Positions 6,061 to 14,053 of a DNA stretch of 18,765 nt are shown here, piece after piece. The notes under the pieces were generated by a model, which saw only the letters and a program-made list of their open reading frames with translations, made no database searches and was not told the origin of the DNA. Numbering within the stretch: position 1 is the first letter of the stretch; every line of letters begins with the position of its first letter. A program made the position numbers and the translations under genes. The stretch lies in assembly GCA_016235825.1 (NCBI GenBank), contig JACRIL010000061.1, forward strand, positions 1-18,765, read 5' to 3'. This stretch comes from Planctomycetota bacterium. Its GTDB lineage: Bacteria; Planctomycetota; Phycisphaerae; SM23-33.

Positions 6061-7326
6061 TCAGCCGCCTCCGGCCGTCTGCAGCAGGGCGACCATGGGC
6101 ATGAACAGGCTTATGACTATGAAGCCGACGATGCCGCCCAGCGAGATAACCATTATTGGCTCGATCAGGGAGACCATGGACGCCACCAGCGTGCTGACCT
6201 CGTCGTCGTAGGTGTCGGCGATTTTGGTGAGCATTTTGTCCAGTTCGCCTGTCTCTTCGCCGACGTCGATCATGTTCACGACCATCGAATCGACGACCTT
6301 GGTCTGGCGAAGAGGTTCGGCGAAGCTGACGCCCTCGCGAATGCTGTTCTGCACCCGTTTCATGGCCCGCGAATAAACCTCGTTGCCCGCCGCTTCGGAG
6401 GTGATTCCCAGGGCTTCCAGAATAGGCACGCCGGCGGCAAGAAGCGTTCCCAGCGTTCGCGTGAACCTGGCGATCGCCGTTTTACCTATGATTTGTCCGA
6501 AGATGGGCATGGACAGTTTGAATTTGTCCAAGGCGTATCTTCCGCCTTCAAACTTGCGCAAAAATTTGGCGAGAATTATCAGGAACACCGGGATGCCGGC
6601 GATGACGGCCCATCCATAGTCCTTCATCCAGGTGCTCATGTTGATCAGATTTCTTGTCATCGCGGGCAGGCGCGTGCCCATGTCGGCGAATATGGTCTCA
6701 AACTGCGGGATGACGAAGACCATGATGCCCACGACGATCAGGCCCGCGAACGAAAGCACGGCGATAGGATAGATCATCGCGCCGATGACCTTGCGTTTGA
6801 GCGCGGCGGCCTTTTCCATGAACTCGGCCAGACGCTTGAGGATTACGTCTAGCACGCCGCCCAGTTCGCCGGCCCGGACCATGTTCACAAAAAGTTTGTC
6901 AAAGGCCTTCGGGTGCCGTCCCAAGGCATCGGAAAGCGTCGTGCCGCCTTCGACGTCGTCGGCGACAAGCCTGACCGCTATGCGCATCGGGCCGGGCTTC
7001 TGCTGTTCCTCGAGGATTCGCAGGCTGCGAAGTATCGGCAGGCCGGCGTCCACCAGGATGGACAGGTTTCTGGTGAACAACACCAGAAGCTTCTGCGGGA
7101 TGGACCCCACGCTTCGCGAGCTTTTTTTGGTCCCGGCGACCATTTTTGACGCCTGGCCCGGTTTGGAGGCGCCGCTCTTTTTGCCTCCGGCCTTTTCCTT
7201 GATCTTGGTCGGAAAGTTTCCCATCCCCCTGACTTTGGCGATGGCTTCCTCGTTCGAGCCGGCCTCGACCTCGCCTTTGACCGGCTGGCCGACGCTGTTC
7301 ATGGCTTCATATGCGAATGTGGGCAT
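6061..7326 (-). CDS. gspF: Type II secretion system F / PilC family inner-membrane platform protein (421 aa)
   Basis: N-terminus MPTFAYEAMNSVGQPVKGEVEAGSNEEAI matches the GspF/PilC start (compare MAAFEYKALDAKGK…GVIEADS). There are two T2SSF-type repeats each followed by TM helices, and three TM segments in total. Confidence 0.93.
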   Translation of the reverse strand: MPTFAYEAMNSVGQPVKGEVEAGSNEEAIAKVRGMGNFPTKIKEKAGGKKSGASKPGQASKMVAGTKKSSRSVGSIPQKLLVLFTRNLSILVDAGLPILRSLRILEEQQKPGPMRIAVRLVADDVEGGTTLSDALGRHPKAFDKLFVNMVRAGELGGVLDVILKRLAEFMEKAAALKRKVIGAMIYPIAVLSFAGLIVVGIMVFVIPQFETIFADMGTRLPAMTRNLINMSTWMKDYGWAVIAGIPVFLIILAKFLRKFEGGRYALDKFKLSMPIFGQIIGKTAIARFTRTLGTLLAAGVPILEALGITSEAAGNEVYSRAMKRVQNSIREGVSFAEPLRQTKVVDSMVVNMIDVGEETGELDKMLTKIADTYDDEVSTLVASMVSLIEPIMVISLGGIVGFIVISLFMPMVALLQTAGGG

Positions 7327-7344
7327 TTATAGCTCCCGTTTCCG

Positions 7345-9093
7345 TTACGCTTCTTCAAAGATCGTTTGGGCTACAACTTCCTCGATCGTGGTCGTTCCAT
7401 CAAAGATCGCCAGTAAACCGCTTTCCCGCAGCGACCTCATGCCGCGTTTCCTTGCCCGCTCGCGGATGGCGCCGGTGCTGGCCTTCTTCATGACCAGTTC
7501 GCGGATCTCGTCGTCCATGATCATTATCTCGTATAGCGCCATCCGGCCGCTGTAGCCGGTGTTCCGGCAAAAATCGCAGCCTTTGCCGCGATGGAAAGTT
7601 TTGCCCTGAACCGTTTCCGGCGTAAGGTCCAGTTCCATCAGCATCGTGTCGGTTGGAAGGTATGACTCCTTGCATTTCAGGCAGATGCGCCGCACGAGGC
7701 GCTGGGCCACGATGGCCTCCAGCGTGGCGGTAACCAGAAATGGCTCAAGCCCAAGGTCCAGAATGCGGGCGATAGTCGACGGGGCGTCGTTGGTGTGCAG
7801 CGTCGTGAATACCAGGTGGCCGGTCAGGGCGGACTCAACTGCTATCTTTGCCGTCTCCAGGTCGCGTATTTCGCCTATCAGGATGATGTCGGGGTCTTGA
7901 CGCAGGAACGCCCGCAGCGCCCGGCCGAACGTGTAGCCGATGTCTTCCTTGATCGGCACCTGTATCAATCCGTCGATTTCGTATTCGACGGGGTCTTCGG
8001 CCGTCAATATCTTGTCGGCGATGTCGTTGAGCTCATTCAGGGCCGCATACAGCGTGGTGGTTTTGCCCGAGCCCGTCGGGCCGGTTACGATTACGATGCC
8101 GTTTGGTTTGCCTATCAACTGGCGGAGGATTCTCAGGTCGTCCTCGCGTATCCCGAGCCTTTCCAGGTCCAGAGAGACGTTTGACCGGTCCAGGATACGC
8201 ATGACCACGCTTTCGCCGCCAATGGTCGGCAGGACGGCCACGCGAAGGTCCACCGGCTGGCCGTTGACCACCAGCTCGATACGACCGTCCTGCGGCAGCC
8301 GCCGTTCGGCGATGTCGAGGTTGGACATGACCTTGATCCTGGACGCCACCGCTATCGCTATCGACTTGGGCGGAGGGAGCATCTCGTACAGCACGCCGTC
8401 GATGCGATACCGCATCTTGAACTCATCCTCGAACGGCTCGAAATGTACGTCCGAGGCCCGATGCCTGATGGCCTCCAGCAGCACCATGTTCACCAGCCGT
8501 TTGACCGGGTTGGAATCGGCCGCTTCCTTGATCGTGTCCAGGTCGATGCTCTCGCCGCGGTTTTCCAGCACGGTAAGCTGGTCGTCGCCGGAAATGTCGT
8601 TGATCAGGTCGCCGATCGATTCGGGCTCCACATTGTAATGTTTCTGGAGCATCGCCTCGAGCTGCTCGGGGTCGCATATCTTGGCCCGGATGTTGAAGCC
8701 CATCAGCGTTCTCAGGTCGTCAGTCGCCCGGAAGTTGTTGGGCGACGCGATGGCCACCACAAGGTCGTTGGTCTCCTTTTTGTATTCGATAGGGATGACC
8801 TTGTAAGTGTTGGCCATCTGGGGCTGGATCGCGGTGAGGATTTCGTCGGTCAGTTCGATGGCCGCCAGGTCGACAAATTCCATCCCCGCCTGATACGCAA
8901 GGGCCATGCTTTGGGTCTTTTCGTCGATGTAGCCCAAGTCGACCAGAATCTGCCCCAGCGGACCGCCCTTTTGTTTCTGGAGTTCCAGGGCCTCGTGAAT
9001 CTGATCGTGGGTAACCTTGCCCATACGGACGAGGATCCTGCCCAGAGGCCTGCCTTTGAACTCCTGCGTATTTAATGTTTGTTCGTCGGGCAT
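7345..9093 (-). CDS. gspE: GspE/PilB-family secretion/assembly ATPase (582 aa) with an N-terminal T2SSE_N (MshEN-like) domain, Walker A GPTGSGKTTTL, Asp/His boxes and a C-terminal tetracysteine Zn motif (CLKC…CDFC)
   Basis: Motifs read directly from the translation. An AGGA RBS precedes the ATG. It sits 18 nt upstream of gspF and 15 nt downstream of pilT. Confidence 0.93.
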   Translation of the reverse strand: MPDEQTLNTQEFKGRPLGRILVRMGKVTHDQIHEALELQKQKGGPLGQILVDLGYIDEKTQSMALAYQAGMEFVDLAAIELTDEILTAIQPQMANTYKVIPIEYKKETNDLVVAIASPNNFRATDDLRTLMGFNIRAKICDPEQLEAMLQKHYNVEPESIGDLINDISGDDQLTVLENRGESIDLDTIKEAADSNPVKRLVNMVLLEAIRHRASDVHFEPFEDEFKMRYRIDGVLYEMLPPPKSIAIAVASRIKVMSNLDIAERRLPQDGRIELVVNGQPVDLRVAVLPTIGGESVVMRILDRSNVSLDLERLGIREDDLRILRQLIGKPNGIVIVTGPTGSGKTTTLYAALNELNDIADKILTAEDPVEYEIDGLIQVPIKEDIGYTFGRALRAFLRQDPDIILIGEIRDLETAKIAVESALTGHLVFTTLHTNDAPSTIARILDLGLEPFLVTATLEAIVAQRLVRRICLKCKESYLPTDTMLMELDLTPETVQGKTFHRGKGCDFCRNTGYSGRMALYEIMIMDDEIRELVMKKASTGAIRERARKRGMRSLRESGLLAIFDGTTTIEEVVAQTIFEEA

Positions 9094-9108
9094 GGTCGAT
9101 TCCTGCTG

Positions 9109-10239
9109 TTACGAAGTCTCCTCCGGAACCGCCTGGATGTCATCGTCAATCGGGGCCGACACCCTGCCGGCATTGAAGCCCTCGATCTTGTTCTGCAACT
9201 CGTTCGGATCCTGGGAGCGGTCGATCGCCTCCTCGTCGCTGATCTTGCCGTAGGCGTACAGGCGGAACAGATGGTCGTCCAGAAGCTGCATGCCCAGCTT
9301 CTTGCCCGTCTGGATCGAGGAAGGAATCCGGAAGACCTTGTTCTCGCGGATCAGGTTCGCTATCGCCGCGGTGGTAACCATGAACTCGAACGCCGCGACC
9401 ATGCCGCGCACGTCCTTTCGCGGCATCAGGGACTGGCAGAGCACCGCGATCAGCGATTCGGAGAGCTGGACCCGCACCTGTTCCTGCTGATCGACGGGGA
9501 ACTGGTCCACAATACGGGTTACGGTCCGGTGCGCGGTCGTGGTGTGCAGGGTTCCGAAGACCAGGTGGCCGGTTTCCGCGGCCCGCAACGCCGCCTCAAT
9601 AGTCTCCAGGTCCCGCAGTTCGCCCACCAGTATCACGTCGGGGTCCTGGCGGAGCGCCCGCCGCAGCGCCTCGGAGAAACTGGGCACGTCGTTATGGACT
9701 TCGCGCTGGCTGACCATCGACTTCTTGTGCGGGTGATAATATTCAATCGGGTCCTCGACCGTGATGATGTGGCGGTCGAAATTCTCGTTGATGTAGTTGA
9801 TCATGGTGGCCAGGGTCGTGGTCTTGCCCGAGCCTGTCGGGCCGGTTACCAGGAACAATCCCCTGGGCCGCCTGCACAGGTTGCGGACGATCTGCGGCAG
9901 GCCTATGTCATCGAACGAAAGCAGCCGCGTCGGGATAAGCCGCAGGACAATCGATAAATACCCCCTCTGCCTGAAAACCGAAGTCCTGAACCGGCCGGCC
10001 CCGCCGAATTCAAACCCGAAATCGGTGCTGCCTTTTTCCTCGAGTTCCTGCTGGGCTTTCTCGGGCGTTACCGATTTCATCAGCGAGATCATGTCGTCGG
10101 GTTCCAGCACCTTTGTTTCCAGAGGCCTGAGCCGGCCATGAAGTCTCAAAGTAGGCGGCCTGCCGACGTGCAGGTGCAAATCGCTGGCGCCCCGCTTGAT
10201 GCACGTATCTAACAGCCTGTCTACGTGAAGCATTGACAT
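9109..10239 (-). CDS. pilT: PilT-family twitching-motility/retraction ATPase (376 aa)
   Basis: N-terminus …LLDTCIKRGASDLHLHVGRPPTLRLHG matches the PilT N-domain (AxxGASDLHL). It also has Walker A GPTGSGKTTTL and IITVEDPIE, and its length lacks the PilB N-extension. GGAAAGG RBS. Confidence 0.93.
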   Translation of the reverse strand: MSMLHVDRLLDTCIKRGASDLHLHVGRPPTLRLHGRLRPLETKVLEPDDMISLMKSVTPEKAQQELEEKGSTDFGFEFGGAGRFRTSVFRQRGYLSIVLRLIPTRLLSFDDIGLPQIVRNLCRRPRGLFLVTGPTGSGKTTTLATMINYINENFDRHIITVEDPIEYYHPHKKSMVSQREVHNDVPSFSEALRRALRQDPDVILVGELRDLETIEAALRAAETGHLVFGTLHTTTAHRTVTRIVDQFPVDQQEQVRVQLSESLIAVLCQSLMPRKDVRGMVAAFEFMVTTAAIANLIRENKVFRIPSSIQTGKKLGMQLLDDHLFRLYAYGKISDEEAIDRSQDPNELQNKIEGFNAGRVSAPIDDDIQAVPEETS

Positions 10240-10290
10240 AAGTTTCAGACCTTTCCTTTACAATTATTCACTGTTATTCAAGTTATGGCA

Positions 10291-10320
10291 AAACCGCTCT
10301 GCCGGTTTCAGGCCGGGTTT
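10291..10320 (-). terminator. Weak terminator-like hairpins (aaaccg/ctctgc/cggttt, then ccgg/tttcagg/ccgg + gtttt) between the upstream GspE-like gene and pilT. An AT-rich promoter-like stretch and the pilT RBS follow.
   Basis: Palindromes read directly. Stems are short (4-6 bp), so confidence is low. The 130-nt AT-richer gap contrasts with the 15-18 nt gaps inside the pilT-gspE-gspF-gspG unit. Confidence 0.25.
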
Positions 10321-10369
10321 TAGCGCACAACTTCTTTGTGTCAGGGGGATTATGCTCAATATCATCTAA

Positions 10370-12151
10370 TCAGACATCCTCGACAATTTCTGCGGCCTGA
10401 GTCAGTCGAATCAGTTCATCGGGCGTTGTTATGCCGTTCTTGATTTTTTCCTTGCCGTCTTCCAGCAGGGTCCGCATGCCGCCAGCGATGGCAGCCTTAC
10501 GCACTTCGCTTATAGCAGCTCTGTTGAAAGCCAATTCCCTGATGGCCGAATTCATCTCCATCATCTCAAATATCCCTTGGCGACCTTTGTATCCCGACCC
10601 GTTGCAGACGTTGCAACCTCTGCCCCTAAAAAACTTTGCGCCAGCCAATTCCTCGTCGGTGTAACCGAGCAGGCGCAAGGTCCTCATATTGGGTTCGGGA
10701 TTTTCTTCTTTACATTCTTTACAGATTCTTCTCACCAGACGCTGGGCCATGACTGCCAGAATGGAACTGGCGACAAGAAATGGTTTGATTCCCATGTCGA
10801 TAAGACGGGTGATTGATGCGGGTGCGTCATTGGTGTGGAGTGTGCTGAAAACCAGGTGTCCTGTCAAGGCGGCCTGAATTGCCACCTCTGCCACCACCAA
10901 ATCGCGAATTTCACCCACCAGGATGATGTTAGGGGCCTGACGAAGCATGGATCTGAGTATCTTCTCGAACGTCAGGCCTATGTCGTCGCGGACCATGCAC
11001 TGGTTGACTCCCGAAAACTGGTACTCGACAGGATCCTCGGCGGTAATGATCTTCTTGTCCGGGCGGTTCAGCTCGTTTATGGCGGCGTAAAGAGAGGTTG
11101 TCTTGCCCGAACCGGTGGGGCCTGTAACCAGGAATATGCCGTTGGGTCTCTTGATGATCTTTTGAAACCGGTCGTAATCATATGGCTCGAACCCCAAGGC
11201 CTGGATGCCCAGCTTGGCGCTTTCGGGGCGAAGAATACGCAGGACCACGCTCTCGCCGTGATATGCCGGCAGGGCCGAGACGCGGAAATCCACCTGGCGG
11301 TTGGCGATCATCATCTTGATCCGGCCGTCAGTGGGCAGGCGTTTTTCGGCCAGGTCGATGCCCGCCAGCAGCTTGAAACGGTTGACGACCGGCCCCTGCA
11401 TACGCTTGGGTATGTTGTCGCGCTCCACGCACACGCCGTCTATGCGATAGCGGACTCTAACGCGGTTGGCCATCGGCTCGATGTGGATGTCGGAGGCGTT
11501 CATGTTGACGGCCTCCGTTATCAGCATGCCGACCAGCCTGATGATCGGAGCGGCTTCCTCCGTCAGATCACCATCATCGGAATCGATGCTTTTGTCCATC
11601 GACGAGTCGATGCTGCTTTCGAGCTGGGCGACGGCGTCGTCAAGGCTCTTGTCGGACCTGTAAATATTGTCGATATATGTGCGCAACTTGCCTCTGGAGG
11701 CCAGGATCGGGTCCAGTTCCATGTTCAGGCGGAACCGCAGCATGTCCATGGTCTCCAGGTCCAGCGGGTCGGTTATGATGATCTTGAGTCTGCCGTTTTC
11801 CCGCTGTATCGGCACGACCAGGTGTTTGCGGACTATGTCTTCGGATATCAGTTCCAGTTCTGTGGAGACCACAACGTTCTTCTCCAGGTCCAGATATTCC
11901 ATGTCGTATTGGCTTGCGAGGGCCTTTGCAACATCCTCCTCGTCGGCCAGCCCCAGGGCGACAAGGGCCTCGCCGATTCTCAGGTGCTCGCTCTGCGCGT
12001 GCGCCATGGCGTCATCGACTTTGTCCTGGGTGATTACCCCCCATCCCACCAGTATTTCGCCGAGCTTTCGCCTCTTGCGTGCCATCTGACCTAGCCTGTA
12101 GTCCCAATCGATCGGCGCCGGACGGCGCCTCCATACTGATTGTACATGCAT
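10370..12151 (-). CDS. Second GspE/PilB-family ATPase (593 aa as tracked; the likely true start is the internal Met giving MARKRRKLGEILVGWGVITQ…, about 571 aa). It has an N-terminal T2SSE_N/MshEN-like domain, Walker A GPTGSGKTTSL and a C-terminal tetracysteine CKEC…CNVC.
   Basis: Motifs read directly. The first 22 tracked residues lack an RBS, whereas the internal Met is preceded by AGG…AGG. It is a paralogue of the 7345..9093 gene, about 45-50% identical by eye in the ATPase core. Confidence 0.9.
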   Translation of the reverse strand: MHVQSVWRRRPAPIDWDYRLGQMARKRRKLGEILVGWGVITQDKVDDAMAHAQSEHLRIGEALVALGLADEEDVAKALASQYDMEYLDLEKNVVVSTELELISEDIVRKHLVVPIQRENGRLKIIITDPLDLETMDMLRFRLNMELDPILASRGKLRTYIDNIYRSDKSLDDAVAQLESSIDSSMDKSIDSDDGDLTEEAAPIIRLVGMLITEAVNMNASDIHIEPMANRVRVRYRIDGVCVERDNIPKRMQGPVVNRFKLLAGIDLAEKRLPTDGRIKMMIANRQVDFRVSALPAYHGESVVLRILRPESAKLGIQALGFEPYDYDRFQKIIKRPNGIFLVTGPTGSGKTTSLYAAINELNRPDKKIITAEDPVEYQFSGVNQCMVRDDIGLTFEKILRSMLRQAPNIILVGEIRDLVVAEVAIQAALTGHLVFSTLHTNDAPASITRLIDMGIKPFLVASSILAVMAQRLVRRICKECKEENPEPNMRTLRLLGYTDEELAGAKFFRGRGCNVCNGSGYKGRQGIFEMMEMNSAIRELAFNRAAISEVRKAAIAGGMRTLLEDGKEKIKNGITTPDELIRLTQAAEIVEDV

Positions 12152-12236
12152 GCCAACACGACGGTCAAGGTCTGTTTGAGGCCGGCGCCAAATAATAGAT
12201 GTCGTATCGCCTTGAGACCGCGGCCTGGCCGGAGCC

Positions 12237-12734
12237 TCAGGCTATGGGGCGGCAGTTGTGGCGTTTGCGGATTTCCTGGGTCGCCGCCAGCAGATGCCTG
12301 TCGGATTCCAGCACGTGCGTCAGATTGCTGGAAGTGACGCCCAGAATTCCAGCCGCGTCGGCCAGTCTGCCCTGGCAGGCATCCAGCAGGTCCAGCAGCC
12401 AGGCCGCCACCGGCCAGAACCTGAAATCCTTCCGCCCGATGGCGATGCGTTTAAGGCTGTCAGGCCCGGCGTTTTTCGGCAGGAAGACGCATTCCCGCAC
12501 GATGGCCGGTATTGTGCAGTTGGCCGGGTCTACCGGCCGGCGGATTCGCAGGGCGATATTCATCCTCAGCCGTGATATCGCCAGCCGCTTGTTCTGGTGC
12601 TGGCTGCGGGAATCGTCGCCGTGGGCGGTTATGCCCGTGGGCCTGTGCAGCAATCTGACGGCCGACGACACCTTGTTGCGATGCTGCCCTCCGGGTCCCG
12701 ACGAGCGGTACGTGTGCAGATCGCACTGGGCCAC
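12237..12734 (-). CDS. arfB: GGQ-motif peptidyl-tRNA hydrolase domain protein (RF-1 domain; ArfB/YaeJ-like ribosome rescue factor family), 165 aa from a GTG start. It has a longer than usual C-terminal region ending in a basic tail ([10 protein letters not shown]).
   Basis: [48 protein letters not shown] aligns to the RF1/RF2/ArfB catalytic loop (xxRSSGAGGQHVNxxxSAVRxxHxPTGIxVxCQxERSQxxNK). The annotated start is GTG. The frame stays open 17 more codons upstream to an ATT preceded by GGAG, so the true N-terminus is uncertain. Confidence 0.75.
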   Translation of the reverse strand: MAQCDLHTYRSSGPGGQHRNKVSSAVRLLHRPTGITAHGDDSRSQHQNKRLAISRLRMNIALRIRRPVDPANCTIPAIVRECVFLPKNAGPDSLKRIAIGRKDFRFWPVAAWLLDLLDACQGRLADAAGILGVTSSNLTHVLESDRHLLAATQEIRKRHNCRPIA

Positions 12735-12790
12735 AAGCCGCTCGTCGCTCAGGTCGAGATAATTTGGTTCCGCGGAAATTAATTATCTCC

Positions 12791-13003
12791 TCATGCCGGA
12801 TAATCAGTTAGTCCTGCATTCTGTTGAAAAGCCACACCGATCCGCCTGTGTCGTGTAACAGGCCCCGCTTCAGCGGGGGTTCGGTGATGCATCATTTTAT
12901 CCTGTTTTATTTTGTGATATTTAAATGTGTCTGACTTGGACCGTCGAGTAACATCCTTAAATTTCGGTGACAAAATGGACAATCTGACAGTCCGGCACAT
13001 CAC
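12791..13003 (-). CDS. Hypothetical small basic protein (70 aa) in the AT-richer leader region upstream of the GGQ gene. It may be non-coding.
   Basis: ORF track only. Its stop TGA abuts the GGAG preceding the GGQ-gene frame. Composition is Lys/Arg/His-rich with no recognisable motif, and it contains the ccccgc-ttca-gcgggg hairpin. Confidence 0.12.
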   Translation of the reverse strand: MMCRTVRLSILSPKFKDVTRRSKSDTFKYHKIKQDKMMHHRTPAEAGPVTRHRRIGVAFQQNAGLTDYPA

Positions 13004-13045
13004 AAGAAAAAGAAGACGTTTCGCCGCCGTTCACAACAATACAAA

Positions 13046-13102
13046 CCACGACCGGGACGGTCGTGGAACACACGGGCAAGATGCCCGTGCCACTTTTTAA
13101 AC
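13046..13102 (-). terminator. Intrinsic terminator for the minus-strand methyltransferase gene. It is a tandem pair of hairpins, cacgggca-aga-tgcccgtg (13071-13089) and ccacgacc-gggac-ggtcgtgg (13046-13066), followed on the minus strand by UUUGUAUUGUUGUG. The first hairpin is also followed by TTTTT on the plus strand, so it is bidirectional.
   Basis: Palindromes and T-runs read directly. Position immediately 3' of the 13109 stop. Confidence 0.55.
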
Positions 13103-13108
13103 AACAGG

Positions 13109-13981
13109 TCAGCCGACGGCCTTTCGGATGCTGCGTATGAATTCGGGATTTGTGCCGCAGCAGCCGCCGATAAAATTCGCCCCGGCCTTGAGCAGGTCGG
13201 GCACGACCGCCGCGAACTGTTGCGGCGACATCGGGAACGTCGTCTTTCCGCCGGCGACGACCGGCAGGCCGGCGTTGGCCTTGATCCAGACTGGCAGGTC
13301 GCAGGCACTACGGAGCATCGAAGCTACCTTCACGTAATTGTCCGGCCCTACGCCGCAGTTGGCGCCTACCGCGTCGGCGCCGCCGGCCACAGCCGCGACG
13401 CCAAGGGCCTCGGGCGTGTCGCCCATCATGGTCGAGGTCTTGTCAGGCCCGCTGGCGAACGTCAGCGAGACGACCACCGGCAGCTTCACGCTTTTTTTGA
13501 TCGCCCGCAGGGCAAGGACGGCCTCCTGCAACTCGTTGAACGTCTCCAGCACGATGGCGTCTACCCCGCCGTCGGCCAGCGCTATTGCCTGCTCCGCGAA
13601 TGCCTCCATGATCTGCTCATCCGGGACATCCTGCATCATCACGATCTTGCCCGTCGGGCCTATCGAGCCGAACACCTTGGCCCCGGTCTTGTCGGCGGCG
13701 AGCCTGCTTATGCGGGCGCCGGCGGCGGCGAGTTCCTTTACGCGCCCGCCCGCGCCGTGCTGCGACAGAATGAAGCGATTCGCCCCGAACGTGTTCGTCA
13801 GAATAACGTCGCTGCCGGCCTGGACGTAGCTGTCGGCCACCTGCCGGATCGCCGGGGGGTTGTCGATGTTCCAGAGCTCCGGGCAGTGCCCCGCCGGCAG
13901 GCCCAGCGCCTGCAACTGAGTTCCCCAGGCGCCGTCGGTTACGCGCAGCCTGGCCGAATATGTTTTAAGATCCAGCGGCAT
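13109..13981 (-). CDS. Homocysteine S-methyltransferase domain protein (Pfam S-methyl_trans; MmuM/BHMT/MetH-N-terminal-domain-like), about 290 aa from the internal start MPLDLKTYSARLRVTDGAWGTQLQ
   Basis: DGAWGTQLQ near the N-terminus and the GGCCGTNPEFI zinc-ligand motif near the C-terminus are diagnostic. The tracked 314-aa ORF (to 14053) has 24 extra N-terminal codons of AT-rich, atypical usage containing a perfect GAAAGGA RBS 7 nt before the internal ATG (13979-13981), so the shorter start is preferred. Confidence 0.9.
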   Translation of the reverse strand: MPLDLKTYSARLRVTDGAWGTQLQALGLPAGHCPELWNIDNPPAIRQVADSYVQAGSDVILTNTFGANRFILSQHGAGGRVKELAAAGARISRLAADKTGAKVFGSIGPTGKIVMMQDVPDEQIMEAFAEQAIALADGGVDAIVLETFNELQEAVLALRAIKKSVKLPVVVSLTFASGPDKTSTMMGDTPEALGVAAVAGGADAVGANCGVGPDNYVKVASMLRSACDLPVWIKANAGLPVVAGGKTTFPMSPQQFAAVVPDLLKAGANFIGGCCGTNPEFIRSIRKAVG

Positions 13982-14053
13982 ATCGTTGATCCTTTCAGAG
14001 ATACCTTTTGTACCATCGGCCGGGATGAAGTGGGAACTTATTTTTCCGGCCAA

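Noticed and set aside
6043-6852. Plus-strand ORFs antisense to gspF/gspE/pilT and the second ATPase (6043..6852, 6785..7555, 7940..8638, 8443..9075, 9079..9957, 10835..12094, 11667..12089)
   Set aside because: All lie opposite strongly supported ATPase or platform genes. No RBS, biased composition and no motifs.
12199-12762. 187-aa plus-strand ORF and several short ORFs (12258..12575 +, 12460..12726 -, 12597..12782 +) overlapping the GGQ gene
   Set aside because: The minus-strand frame 12237..12734 contains the diagnostic GGQ catalytic loop. The others are frame or antisense artefacts.
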